Shown: in pieces, positions 37,406 through 47,571 of the stretch | Layout of the letters: every line of letters starts with the position of its first letter | Position numbering within the stretch: position 1 is the stretch's first letter | Source of the DNA: a virus | Reading direction: 5' to 3' (one strand) | IMG/VR virus record: IMGVR_UViG_3300010399_000032 | Length of the DNA: 64,000 nucleotides | The notes under the pieces: model-generated | The model's database searches: none | The model's input: only the letters and a program-made list of their open reading frames with translations | Told to the model about the DNA's origin: nothing | Translations under genes and position numbers: made by a program

Positions 37406-38230
37406 TTATTGGGTATCTACTTCACAATTATAGATATACATGTCCAGAGTATTATCTGGGCTCTGATAGGTTCCAACCATTTTTGTTGGGCCGGAAACAA
37501 CTTTCACCTTCGATCCACGAGGCAGGATGAATTCACCTTGACCTGGGGTGGATGAAAAATTGTCAGCCAGCATACCTTTTGATCCCTTGGGAATATGCAT
37601 CTGAAATAATGTGCCTCCACCATGAGTCGGATCGACTTGAGATATTGCTGTCTCAATATTCAGGGTGGTTGATCGGAAACCTTTAAACTTAACTATGGAT
37701 CCGGGAGTTAATTGGTCCGTACTAAGATTATCCGAAACAATGGAATATGCAGTAACATCCTTTGGGGTTTTACTCTTATGGAGGGCAGAATCCAAAGATT
37801 TTACTAATTCTGGTGTATGATCGTCAGGGGTTAATGGTTGAATTTTATCAGCCTTAATACCCGTTGGTAGAGAATTTAAAACCGCATTAACTGAGGCATA
37901 ATTGGCATCTGTATAAGATTTTAAAGCTGATAGCTCATCATTGGTATATTTGGTTGGTTGATAGGCCTTATTAAGGTCCATCATATCCTGCCCGACAATT
38001 GGTTTTAATTGTTTGGCTAGATTACCGAAATCATTACCTGATTGAGCCACATAAGTATTGGTACGTACTGCCTTGTTAAACGGAACCAATTTTCCGTCTT
38101 GGACAATATGGGTAACTTGTTGTGTGTGAGGGTCTTCATATCTTCCAAATCCAACGTATTGTAATCCAAGTGACTTAGCTTGAGCCGCTGGATCGGTTGC
38201 TTCGGATAGGAATTCACTTAAGCGTTTCAT
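37406..38230 (-). CDS. ADP-ribosyltransferase-like protein (VIP2/C3/Alt fold) with capsid-targeting-like N-terminus
   Basis: AL..YT...Y..VN..L, LDSAL.K, GFRSTTL, QGEFILPRG; MKRLSEFLSE N-term. Confidence 0.75.
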   Translation of the reverse strand: MKRLSEFLSEATDPAAQAKSLGLQYVGFGRYEDPHTQQVTHIVQDGKLVPFNKAVRTNTYVAQSGNDFGNLAKQLKPIVGQDMMDLNKAYQPTKYTNDELSALKSYTDANYASVNAVLNSLPTGIKADKIQPLTPDDHTPELVKSLDSALHKSKTPKDVTAYSIVSDNLSTDQLTPGSIVKFKGFRSTTLNIETAISQVDPTHGGGTLFQMHIPKGSKGMLADNFSSTPGQGEFILPRGSKVKVVSGPTKMVGTYQSPDNTLDMYIYNCEVDTQ

Positions 38231-39894
38231 CTTTTTTCCGGTGACTCAATATCTTCTGGGTTGATCATGTATTTTGATTCAGGAGGTAGCCCATTATCAT
38301 CCTCATTATCTTGTTCCTGATTAGGAGGTTCATAACCTGGTGGTTGACCTTGAGGGGCCATGCCACCAGTAGGATCAACTGGATTACCTTCTGAATCGAT
38401 TGGGTTACCATTTGAATCCATTGGAGGAGCTAATTGGGATTGCTCATCTTGAATTTCTTGATTAATTTCCTCGACTTCATCGTCATCGAGACGGAGAATA
38501 TTCTTTTGTACATAAGCCATTGAAAGGTATTTACCAACAAATGGATCGGCTTGTGCTAGAAGTTGTAGGCGATTTGATAGGAGCTCCGCTTCCTTTAACT
38601 CGGTGAAGTTATTATCTTTAAGGAAATCATAAAAAATATCTTCTTTAAATTCATTCCATTCTTCTACGGAACAAATCTTCTTAAGTACCAATTGAACTCG
38701 CATGATATCATCGAATAAAATGGAAAACCTACTACGTAATTTTTCCACATATTTGGTGAACTTAAGTTCATCGCGTGTGATTTCGGTTGATCGACCTAGA
38801 GAAAATCCATTTTGTGGATCGAGGCGACCAATAGGAACACCTAGAGATTTATAAAGTTTACGTTCAAAATAATGGACGTCCTCTATATCTCCCAGGTTTT
38901 GGCCAGCAGGAAGGGTATCAATTTCCGTACCACGCGAACCTTCGCGTCGGGGAAGCCAGAAGTCTTCAAGCATTGACATATGCTTTCGGTCATCACGGAT
39001 TTCACCGGTGGTTGAGTCATAGACCAACTTATTACGGTATTTGGTCATGATATCTTTTAGATATTGCTCGGCCTTAATGGTGGGCATATTTCCAACGTCA
39101 ACATAGAAAATTCTACGTTCGGGAGCACGGCTTAAACGATAGATAACCGTAGCATCCTCGACCATTCGAAGATTGTTGAGTGGTTTGATAGCTTTATGGA
39201 GATAGGAGAGAACCATGGCTCTCTTGGAGTCCATGAGACCTGAGTTGACATTAACGATAGCATCTGTGGCAATTTTTGCACCCATATTTGATTGAGTACC
39301 AATTACACCACGTTCATTATACATATAATATTCAACGGTCTTTTTGATGATTTCCATACCGGTACGTTGGTCAATACCTTTTTCGATTTCGCGAACCTTA
39401 CGGATACGGCGAGGATCAATATATCGGATTTCCTGGATACCTTCCGCCGGGCGTTTATCATCAATAATTAAGTGATAGAACATACGCCCATCAATATACC
39501 AACGTCGGAAAATATCTGACCCCATATTACCAAAATTAAGCAATTTGAGGATGTTTCCGAATTCGTCCTCAATTGCTTTTTTGACTGATTGAGGTTGTTT
39601 GAGATTATCTGTAATAATATCAACGGAATGCCCCGAATCTTCCATAACTATGGCTTCATTGACAATATCGTCAACAGCCGATTCAATTTCAGGTTGCATG
39701 GCCATTTCACGATATCGAGTAATTAACTCAATTTCGTTTCTGACTATTCCGTCAAGGTCTACGTAAGTTCCATAATATGATCCGGATTGGATAGTAACGG
39801 CACCATCATCACTCTGAGGGAGTGCGAAAGTCTTGTTTTCATCCGGTTTATTAATAGGAGCCTTACGTAACTCGAATCCAAAGATAGATACCAA
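38227..39894 (-). CDS. gp20: portal protein gp20
   Basis: FRRWYIDGR, YRLSRAPERRIFYVDVGN, EDFWLPRREG.RGTEI. Confidence 0.98.
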   Translation of the reverse strand: MVSIFGFELRKAPINKPDENKTFALPQSDDGAVTIQSGSYYGTYVDLDGIVRNEIELITRYREMAMQPEIESAVDDIVNEAIVMEDSGHSVDIITDNLKQPQSVKKAIEDEFGNILKLLNFGNMGSDIFRRWYIDGRMFYHLIIDDKRPAEGIQEIRYIDPRRIRKVREIEKGIDQRTGMEIIKKTVEYYMYNERGVIGTQSNMGAKIATDAIVNVNSGLMDSKRAMVLSYLHKAIKPLNNLRMVEDATVIYRLSRAPERRIFYVDVGNMPTIKAEQYLKDIMTKYRNKLVYDSTTGEIRDDRKHMSMLEDFWLPRREGSRGTEIDTLPAGQNLGDIEDVHYFERKLYKSLGVPIGRLDPQNGFSLGRSTEITRDELKFTKYVEKLRSRFSILFDDIMRVQLVLKKICSVEEWNEFKEDIFYDFLKDNNFTELKEAELLSNRLQLLAQADPFVGKYLSMAYVQKNILRLDDDEVEEINQEIQDEQSQLAPPMDSNGNPIDSEGNPVDPTGGMAPQGQPPGYEPPNQEQDNEDDNGLPPESKYMINPEDIESPEKR

Positions 39895-39895
39895 T

Positions 39896-40498
39896 TTATA
39901 TTTCCTTGCCTACAATTCGCCTTGATTCCCATGATTTAATGGCGGCTATTTTACGTTTTTCCCGACCATTAATAATTTTTAATTGCCCTTCCGGGCTGGC
40001 CCAATATGCTATATGACTAGCGCTCATTTGAGTTTTAGTTTCAGAGGAATGTACATGACCTAGATGACTAGTATTTCCTTTAACCTTTTCGGAAATCTTA
40101 CGTTTAGACTCTTCCGAAAAAGGTTTTCCTAATCGTAATTTGGTACCTTTCATTCTTTCTGACATTTTTTGACGAGCTTCGGTGGAATGTTTATATCCCG
40201 AAACTCCATCACCACCTTCAGTTAAATTGTACCCTTTGGTTCTATCAGTTGTTTCGAATAAATTGATAAAATAAGGCTCCATGCGATGGAGAGTAAGATT
40301 CTTATCCTCGCTTTGATATTCAATCGTCCAGATGAATTTATTCCATCCATCGTGCCTAATTGCCGTATGAAAATATCTATCGGATTTATGTGTTTCGGCA
40401 AGATATTTGTGGTCTTTTTGTCTTTGTGGCCAATTACTATCAAATCCAATATAACTTTTTCCATTTAAGGTATTGGTAGCCTTATAAATGGTGAACAT
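39896..40498 (-). CDS. GIY-YIG homing endonuclease (Seg-like, NUMOD3 repeats)
   Basis: TIYKATN.LNGKSYIG, GYNLTEGGDG, HS.E.R.KMS repeats. Confidence 0.9.
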   Translation of the reverse strand: MFTIYKATNTLNGKSYIGFDSNWPQRQKDHKYLAETHKSDRYFHTAIRHDGWNKFIWTIEYQSEDKNLTLHRMEPYFINLFETTDRTKGYNLTEGGDGVSGYKHSTEARQKMSERMKGTKLRLGKPFSEESKRKISEKVKGNTSHLGHVHSSETKTQMSASHIAYWASPEGQLKIINGREKRKIAAIKSWESRRIVGKEI

Positions 40499-40506
40499 TA
40501 TATTCT

Positions 40507-40535
40507 GCTCCGGTTAAAGATTAGAATACCGGAAC
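40507..40535 (-). promoter_or_regulatory. hairpin sequestering endonuclease RBS
   Basis: GUUCCGGU...ACCGGAGC 8-bp stem incl. one G-U; gp19 stop in loop. Confidence 0.45.
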
Positions 40536-41120
40536 GTTATATTGAGGGATTGCACCACCATTACTTGCACTAACGGTGGAAACTTCCCACCACTGATACG
40601 CAAACGTTACGGCATATTCCTCGATGGTATCATTTGCCGACCAATCAACTTCAATAGGTGAAACGTCAATTGGGAAGATACCAATAAAGTTATATGACTT
40701 TAGAGGTGTACCATCCTTACCATACTGGAGAACAGTGGCTTGAGTGGTGTAACCTAGAGGAGAATCGAATGAAGGATCACGTAAATTTCCTCGGTGAGAG
40801 TTGATTCCATTAAGCCAAAGTTCAAAGGCATTACGGACTTTGAAATCTTCGTCATTTAGAAGGGTAACCGTCCACTCAGGGAATGTACGGTTACCTGCAA
40901 ACTTCAATTCTCTACCAAAGTAGTTAACGGGAATAGGGTTTACGGTTGAACCTGGAAGTTGTGCGGCTCGACAAAAGAATGTCAACTGTGACGACACACC
41001 AAGAGCATCCGCCGTTCCAGCTAAGGCTAGACCTGGAAATGTTAGTGAAACCTCAAACAGATTCGGTCTGGCACCATCCAGTGCCATTGCCGACCTAAAA
41101 TCTTGTAGTGTAAAAGGCAT
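40521..41120 (-). CDS. gp19: tail tube protein gp19
   Basis: GARPNLFEV, C.AAQLPGS, GRELKFAG.RTF.EW.VT..NDEDF. Confidence 0.97.
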   Translation of the reverse strand: MPFTLQDFRSAMALDGARPNLFEVSLTFPGLALAGTADALGVSSQLTFFCRAAQLPGSTVNPIPVNYFGRELKFAGNRTFPEWTVTLLNDEDFKVRNAFELWLNGINSHRGNLRDPSFDSPLGYTTQATVLQYGKDGTPLKSYNFIGIFPIDVSPIEVDWSANDTIEEYAVTFAYQWWEVSTVSASNGGAIPQYNVPVF

Positions 41121-41146
41121 ATCTTAACTCCTTGTATTTCTTGGAT

Positions 41147-41153
41147 TATTTAT
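41147..41153 (-). promoter_or_regulatory. late promoter (gp19)
   Basis: ATAAATA. Confidence 0.65.
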
Positions 41154-41743
41154 GTGGCATACTCACAAAGCCAATGCTTATAGTGGTTGAGATTGCCTTT
41201 GGCTACGGAAACCATGTTACCAGCATGTAATTTATTTTCTTTACAAAAATCAATCAAACCTTTAATTCTAAAACATTCACCTTGAGGATTGGTGATTATA
41301 TATTCTTTTTGTCGATTTGGGCTTTTTGATCCCTTACGTCTAATATTTTCCTGAACTGTCCATGGGCTAGGAAGACCTTTATTCCAACTAGGTTTACCTC
41401 GTTTAGACGCGGCAATTTTTTCCTTGGTTTCATCAGATGGATGCCACCCAAACGTTGCATCCCCACCCAAGGTCATATTATATCCATTTTCACCAAATGT
41501 GTTAAAATGGTTGATCCAGAAATTTTCTCGTTCATTGAGAAGATATTCTTTATTTTCGCTTTGTTCTAATATCGACCATTCAAAATTATCCCATCCATGG
41601 GCCCGAATGGCTCGGTGAAAATGTAATTCTGAACCGCGTTTGGCAGCACTTTTATGCGCTGTTTTCCGGTAGGGCCAATTACAATCAAATCCTACGTAAG
41701 ACTTACCATTTAGTTTATTTTCGGCCCGATAGATTGTGCACAT
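41150..41743 (-). CDS. GIY-YIG homing endonuclease (Seg-like)
   Basis: TIYRAEN.LNGKSYVG, GYNMTLGGD, ETKEKI...K.GK.SWNKG, C-terminal HTH-like tail. Confidence 0.9.
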   Translation of the reverse strand: MCTIYRAENKLNGKSYVGFDCNWPYRKTAHKSAAKRGSELHFHRAIRAHGWDNFEWSILEQSENKEYLLNERENFWINHFNTFGENGYNMTLGGDATFGWHPSDETKEKIAASKRGKPSWNKGLPSPWTVQENIRRKGSKSPNRQKEYIITNPQGECFRIKGLIDFCKENKLHAGNMVSVAKGNLNHYKHWLCEYAT

Positions 41744-41745
41744 TG

Positions 41746-41776
41746 AATACTCCCAGTTTTATCCGGGAGTATTTAG
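41746..41776 (-). promoter_or_regulatory. late promoter overlapping RBS-occluding hairpin
   Basis: CTAAATA 41770-41776; AAUACUCCCGG-AUAAAA-CUGGGAGUAUU stem. Confidence 0.75.
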
Positions 41777-41805
41777 GTGATTTTTAGAAGTTATCTACTA
41801 CTAAC

Positions 41806-43515
41806 TCAAAACTTGCCCACCACTTCGCTAAAGTCAACACCAGTACCAACAGCCACAAAGTTCAACTGGATAAAGTTGATTGAACGGGCTGGCTTGATGT
41901 AAATGTCTCCAACAAACTGGTTAGAATCGATAACTTGTGGTGTGTTATTGGTTTCATCGCAAACCACTCGGAAATCAAAGATACCACGACGGCCCTGGAC
42001 GTCCCGGAGGAATGGTTCCACCAAAGAAACGAATTGAGCACGAGTGAAAGCATCGTTGAATTCGAATAGTGAGTACTTTGCCGCTCTTGAAATTGCCTTT
42101 TCCAGAACAATGAATAGACGACGAACATTAATACGGTCGAAAGCCGATGGCTTGGACTGTAGGGTCTTATCACCATATAGAATTGTTCCGTTACCTTGGA
42201 AGGTGACAACCGGGTTAACACCATTATTATAAAGAGTATCTCGGTCAGTTTTTGTTGGGTTCCAAGATAGTTTTGTTACATTGAGAACACCACCGCGGTT
42301 GAAACCGGCTGGTGACCACCATGCATCACGCTGGTAATCAGTACGAACACAGAGACCTGCCATATCACCGTTAAGTGGGACCCAACGGAAGACAGAGTTA
42401 TACTTGTCATACATGTACTTCCATCCAGAATCCATAAAGGCATAAGATGAAGTTGTGTAGGTGTTTCGGTCAGCAACAACAGAAGTTGCCTCGTTTCCTA
42501 CATTATTGACAACCGATGCACGGAGAGGAGAAGCAAAGACCACACAGTCTCGACGGTTTCCAGCAATATTATCAATGACATAGTTAACGGTATTAGCACC
42601 GAAATCTGAGGTCAAAACGAGTGAAACGTCCACGGTATCTGGGTTACGGAATAAATCATAACCCTGGTTAACGAGACCAGAAGATGACATATTGAAGGTA
42701 CCATTGGTTAGGCTTGATGTATAAGCTACGTTATCACCAACACCATATACAACTGATCCTCCGGCCGATGCCGATCCCCAATTTGCGGCATTCGCTAGCC
42801 CAATGCCTGTATCCGGATGTGACAACCACCAGATGTACTTTGATTTTTGGTTGATTTGGTTAACATAGTAATTTGAAGTACCATCGTCATTAATTGCATC
42901 GGATGCCTTTGAAACGAAAGCAAACTTTTCTAGGACGGTATTGGCCGTCCCCGTGAATCGACCATCCTGGTCAACCACGACAACATGCAATTCGTCATTT
43001 GAACCACCATTATTTGATACGTAAGTTGATGTGGTTGGAGGGCCCTGGAAATAGCTAGACCATGACCATGAAGTAAAGGCTGAGGTATTTGGACCAGGGA
43101 AAACTGAAACCTGCAAAGAGTTACCAATGTCTCCAGGCCATTTAGCTGCCCACATACCATGAGTATTAGCACCACCAGAATAATTTTCATTATAGTCAAT
43201 ATTATTCTGGATGGTAGCACCGGCACCATTGGCCACGGCGTTTAACATTGTCGGAGTACCATTTGCTCGGACAATTTGCAAATTCTGCCCATATGCTAGG
43301 AAAGAAGCAGCCGTAAAGAAATCCACGAAATTGTTTTGGTTAGGTTCACCGTATTGGTTAACTAGATCAATTTCTGATGAAACCGTATGGATTTCATTGA
43401 CAGGTCCCCAAACGAAATTACCCACCATACCGGCATTAGTGGTACCAACGGCTGGGACGATGGTGGTCAGATCAATTTCTGAGAAATTAACGCCCGGAGA
43501 AATTTGGAAAACCAT
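41806..43515 (-). CDS. gp18: tail sheath protein gp18
   Basis: SPGV..SEIDLT, WGP, SPAGFNRG, GDKT....PSAFDRINVRRLF. Confidence 0.98.
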   Translation of the reverse strand: MVFQISPGVNFSEIDLTTIVPAVGTTNAGMVGNFVWGPVNEIHTVSSEIDLVNQYGEPNQNNFVDFFTAASFLAYGQNLQIVRANGTPTMLNAVANGAGATIQNNIDYNENYSGGANTHGMWAAKWPGDIGNSLQVSVFPGPNTSAFTSWSWSSYFQGPPTTSTYVSNNGGSNDELHVVVVDQDGRFTGTANTVLEKFAFVSKASDAINDDGTSNYYVNQINQKSKYIWWLSHPDTGIGLANAANWGSASAGGSVVYGVGDNVAYTSSLTNGTFNMSSSGLVNQGYDLFRNPDTVDVSLVLTSDFGANTVNYVIDNIAGNRRDCVVFASPLRASVVNNVGNEATSVVADRNTYTTSSYAFMDSGWKYMYDKYNSVFRWVPLNGDMAGLCVRTDYQRDAWWSPAGFNRGGVLNVTKLSWNPTKTDRDTLYNNGVNPVVTFQGNGTILYGDKTLQSKPSAFDRINVRRLFIVLEKAISRAAKYSLFEFNDAFTRAQFVSLVEPFLRDVQGRRGIFDFRVVCDETNNTPQVIDSNQFVGDIYIKPARSINFIQLNFVAVGTGVDFSEVVGKF

Positions 43516-43552
43516 TATTAATACTCCTTTTTGTAATTGTATATACTGGTTT

Positions 43553-43559
43553 TATTTAG
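43553..43559 (-). promoter_or_regulatory. late promoter (gp18)
   Basis: CTAAATA. Confidence 0.7.
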
Positions 43560-43573
43560 GATTTTGTGTTTTT

Positions 43574-45265
43574 TCAGAGGGTTGGACCCCAGTTGAAGTC
43601 ATCGAATGGGTATCTCCGTTTAATGTCTTCTTTCCAGATATCTCCGTCAACATCCACTAAAAATTCGTCCTGGAGACCATCATCAATGATACCGAAAGGT
43701 ACAATATTGATATCTTCTATCCGGTATTGTTCATCTTGTAGAGCTTTTCGGATATCATTATTGACAGATTGTTTGAACATTTTCTGTGCAGCCAACCATG
43801 CAAAGTTGACCAATGTCATGGCCAAGTCATCATGATTTCCTTCTTCCGCCGCGAAAGTTTGTTTGGTTTGGGTGAAGGTTTGTAGTTCGAGAATGGTATC
43901 CTCATCTTGGACAATCAATTTATCATTTTCAATCAAAGTTTTGAGGTTGGCGCAACCAATACGTTTGGTTTGGACGCTGGTTTTTAAACCATTTTGAATG
44001 GCTGTCTTAAAACCTGATGAAACTTCCTGACCATTACGCCCTCCTCGTTGAATCTTCAATAATCCAGCATACTCTAAATCGTTATGAAGGGTATCAGCAA
44101 CTTGGAGACCTATGGTATTGATTTCAACTAATACAAAGGCTTCATTGTACATATTAGCATAGGCATAGATAACCGTTGGGAAAACCATGGTATTCATCTT
44201 ATTGCTCTGGTACCTGGCCACTTGGACATAAGGAATTTTTGATACATCAAAGATAGAAAATGTTGAATAGTCTAATCCAAGCCCTTCGGATACGTCCACG
44301 ATAATAGCATATACATGATCGGGTTCAGGTAGATTGAAAATGTGCATGGCTTTCTTACCATGTTCATCTTCATCCTCTCGGGTTTCTACTGGGGTGATGG
44401 CTCGCATTGAAATAAGCTTGGCCGCCGAAATAAGCGTATTTGTACTTCCAATGAATTCTGTATTGAACTCTTGTCGGAACTGTTCTTCCGAGGTGTTTTC
44501 AATAGTTTCCTTCTTCCAGACCTCATCACGCCCAGGCACATCCCACCAATTAATTTCGATGGGAATATATGAGTTTTCTTTTTCAACGGCCTTTTTCCAT
44601 ATGGAGTGGAAAAGGTTAAGACCTAGTGGGGTAGAAACAATGATAACCTTGGTGTTTTTACCAGATGAAATTGTAGGATAAGTTGAATCAAAGAAAGCTT
44701 TAGCTATACCATTAGGAACGTGAGCAAACTCGTCAAGGAATAGAATATTGAAGGTTTTACCACGGACAGAAGCACCTGAGGTTGCATCTGCAATTGCAAG
44801 TGAACCATTTGAGAATTGAATAGATCCTTTATTCCATTCCACCACACCTTGCTGTAGGAACCTAGGAAGATATTCAAAAGCAAGTTGCAATCTTGACATG
44901 ATTTCTCGGGCTGTGCTGGCCTTATTAGCCAAAATAGCAACTCGCCCAAATTCATTAAATAGTAAAAAGTGTAGAAGATATGCCACGGCTGTAGTTGTCT
45001 TACCAACCTGTCTAGGCAATTTACATATCGTGAAACGGTTATTATGGAAGGTATTGATCATGTTCTCCTGGAATGGATACATGTCAAAATTGGTTAGACC
45101 ATTATCCAATGTAACGATCTTAATGTAATTCCTAGAAAAATAAACAGGATCATCCATACACTTTTTATATTCATCTAACTCCTGTTGAGTGTATTGATGA
45201 ATGTAACCTTCTTTAGGTAAGTTCGGATTGGCGTGATATCCACCGTTATTGGGATTGGTTGCCAT
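43574..45265 (-). CDS. gp17: terminase large subunit gp17
   Basis: PRQVGKTT, FLDEFAHV, VSTP.G.N.F, DVSEG.G.DYS, HDDL. Confidence 0.98.
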   Translation of the reverse strand: MATNPNNGGYHANPNLPKEGYIHQYTQQELDEYKKCMDDPVYFSRNYIKIVTLDNGLTNFDMYPFQENMINTFHNNRFTICKLPRQVGKTTTAVAYLLHFLLFNEFGRVAILANKASTAREIMSRLQLAFEYLPRFLQQGVVEWNKGSIQFSNGSLAIADATSGASVRGKTFNILFLDEFAHVPNGIAKAFFDSTYPTISSGKNTKVIIVSTPLGLNLFHSIWKKAVEKENSYIPIEINWWDVPGRDEVWKKETIENTSEEQFRQEFNTEFIGSTNTLISAAKLISMRAITPVETREDEDEHGKKAMHIFNLPEPDHVYAIIVDVSEGLGLDYSTFSIFDVSKIPYVQVARYQSNKMNTMVFPTVIYAYANMYNEAFVLVEINTIGLQVADTLHNDLEYAGLLKIQRGGRNGQEVSSGFKTAIQNGLKTSVQTKRIGCANLKTLIENDKLIVQDEDTILELQTFTQTKQTFAAEEGNHDDLAMTLVNFAWLAAQKMFKQSVNNDIRKALQDEQYRIEDINIVPFGIIDDGLQDEFLVDVDGDIWKEDIKRRYPFDDFNWGPTL

Positions 45266-45698
45266 TGTCTTTCAATTGTTTTAGAAGTTCTGATGGAGTA
45301 CCAACAAACACCGCCTTTTCAACGTTGATTGGAGTTTGACCTTGGGTTTGTGGTTCTGCGAGGGCTTTGGTTTCTCCTTGCAATCCATACAAATCTTTTG
45401 TGGTTTCTGCTATGGTTTTCATCATTGTAGCCAGAACCTCATAGGCTCTTGGTGATTCTAGGTCTTTTGCTAGTTGTGAGATATTATCAATAGCCGTTGA
45501 CCCTTTAGTAATAATTGTTCTGAGGGTATTTCGGCTAAGTTTATAATCAGCATCCTGATCTTCATTGATTACCAAAGGGGCATGAGTAGCCACCACAGGA
45601 AGTTCCGGTGGGACAGTAATAACCGCGACTGGTTTGGTATTTTCTTTAGGTACCTCGGTATATTCAATATCAAGGGCATCTGCTATGGTTTCTGACAT
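45246..45698 (-). CDS. gp16: terminase small subunit gp16
   Basis: DY..SR..L..II.KG, SPRAYEV, VFVGT..EL.K.LK. Confidence 0.93.
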   Translation of the reverse strand: MSETIADALDIEYTEVPKENTKPVAVITVPPELPVVATHAPLVINEDQDADYKLSRNTLRTIITKGSTAIDNISQLAKDLESPRAYEVLATMMKTIAETTKDLYGLQGETKALAEPQTQGQTPINVEKAVFVGTPSELLKQLKDNGNQSQ

Positions 45699-46699
45699 TA
45701 GGTATTAGGCCATTCTGTTATCGTTGTAGTATATCCATAATTTGAATTTGGTAGAGCCGTGATTGGATTAGGAACAATGTCAATATTGACCAATTTGAGA
45801 GGATTGGCATCGAAACTCAACAATTCATATGCAGCATTGGTTGAAACTGCTTGGATCAGATCATTTGCTTTGAAAGTGCCCTGGACACCTCCTAATTGTA
45901 ATTGCCCAGTTCCTCGTATCCATGATAGAACTTGCCCATATGCCGTTGCATTGTTATATTGGCTACCCACATAAACAATATCCCCAACCTTGTAATCCCC
46001 ATTATTTCCTGCATAGGTATTAATGCGAGTGATATAACCAGATTCAATGGATGGATCATTATAAATGTTTGTGATAACCTCGCGAATGATCTTAGGTGTT
46101 TGAATTGGTCCCCAATAATCAACCTGCATATTGAAATTGAATGTCCAATAGACTATTCGGATAGATTCATTATCACCTTCATATTGAACCTGGTAATCAA
46201 CCGATTCAAGCGTTACAGGTATATCCTTCTTGATACCAACCGTGGCATTAATTTCTGCATATGGTGTATGGGTCGGATTAAAGAAGGGTAAAATCTGTTC
46301 GATGATTTGATAACCATCATCAATATTACGTGCATAGACAGCAAGCTCAAATGTTAAATCCCATGGAACACCTTGATATTGTGTTACCAGCCCAGTTGAG
46401 GTATTTGCCTTACCTATTTTAAGTAATTGATTTTGTTTACGAATAGGAGCCGGGCTCATTCCGACTAGATTATATGATAATCTAGGAAAAGTCAGGGATG
46501 TTTCCTTCTGAAAATTAGGGTCTTCTAAGGAACGAGTAACATACTTTTCCTTAGGTGCATAGACGATAGGCACGATATATCGTTCAAGTTCCGTCGAATC
46601 GGGCTTGGTACGAACAAGAGTTATGTTATTGAAAATGTTACCAAAAAGTACCGTATATTTACGGGTCAACTGATTATAAAAAGGTCTATTGGTGAGCAT
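45698..46699 (-). CDS. gp15: tail sheath stabiliser/terminator gp15 with extra C-terminal domain
   Basis: FG..FNNI, VPI.YAPKEK, PRLS, QIIEQILPFFNP. Confidence 0.93.
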   Translation of the reverse strand: MLTNRPFYNQLTRKYTVLFGNIFNNITLVRTKPDSTELERYIVPIVYAPKEKYVTRSLEDPNFQKETSLTFPRLSYNLVGMSPAPIRKQNQLLKIGKANTSTGLVTQYQGVPWDLTFELAVYARNIDDGYQIIEQILPFFNPTHTPYAEINATVGIKKDIPVTLESVDYQVQYEGDNESIRIVYWTFNFNMQVDYWGPIQTPKIIREVITNIYNDPSIESGYITRINTYAGNNGDYKVGDIVYVGSQYNNATAYGQVLSWIRGTGQLQLGGVQGTFKANDLIQAVSTNAAYELLSFDANPLKLVNIDIVPNPITALPNSNYGYTTTITEWPNT

Positions 46700-47571
46700 T
46701 ATGGTTCTCCAAAGACATTAGGATCAGAAGTGATATCAATAAAGGTATTTGCTTCTGTTTCCACAACACGGTTATCGTATATATCATATGGTGCCAGAGA
46801 TTCGAGAGTTTCTTCTGTGGTGGCCACATAAGATGTATTTGAGGTTACACCAACCACAGCAACATTAGTCGTTATATCACCTTGAACATTTTGCACCTTA
46901 AGAATCTTTTGGACTGGGTTCCAGTCAACAGATAAAGCGGAAAAAGTTGGATTTGTTTGGGTACCTTGATAAACATTTTCACCTATGTTGTAATTACCTG
47001 AACCTGTACCGAGATAAATTTCGGCTGTATAGGCATTATTGGTTTGAACCGCATCCACTTCTTCGATTCCTGTGTCGATATTTTCATTGCTATAACGGAA
47101 GGTTTCACATTGACATTCATAGATATAGGCATTGAACTTACCCAAGGTATAGAACATGCGTTTTTCTTCCACAAATTTGATTTCAAACATCTTTTTCATG
47201 GAATTGACATAGATCAAGTCACCTTCCCTTGGGCGGGTTCTGACCTTGGCTGGGACATATCTCTGAAAGGTTGGAGTGGCTACCGTTAAGATGGCATTAT
47301 CACGCATTTCCATACCAAATTTGGAGAAGAATTCACCATCACCACCAAATTGAGTAACAGTTCCTATATACATTTCAAGCGTATAAGCCTTATCGAATTT
47401 CGATAAAGTATCTTCACCAAATAAACGGTCGATATTACCATAAGATTCACGGGGAATATATTGGACATCCGCACCATTAATACGAATAGCCTCAGCAGCT
47501 ATGTCCTGAAAGAGCCGCTGTTCGGAGGTAGTAGCTGGATTTACGTTGCGGAAATAATTTGATACGCCCAT
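46699..47571 (-). CDS. gp14: neck protein gp14
   Basis: E.I.I.G.DV.YIPR, FGED.LSKF, FFSKFG, RPREGDLIY. Confidence 0.95.
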   Translation of the reverse strand: MGVSNYFRNVNPATTSEQRLFQDIAAEAIRINGADVQYIPRESYGNIDRLFGEDTLSKFDKAYTLEMYIGTVTQFGGDGEFFSKFGMEMRDNAILTVATPTFQRYVPAKVRTRPREGDLIYVNSMKKMFEIKFVEEKRMFYTLGKFNAYIYECQCETFRYSNENIDTGIEEVDAVQTNNAYTAEIYLGTGSGNYNIGENVYQGTQTNPTFSALSVDWNPVQKILKVQNVQGDITTNVAVVGVTSNTSYVATTEETLESLAPYDIYDNRVVETEANTFIDITSDPNVFGEP

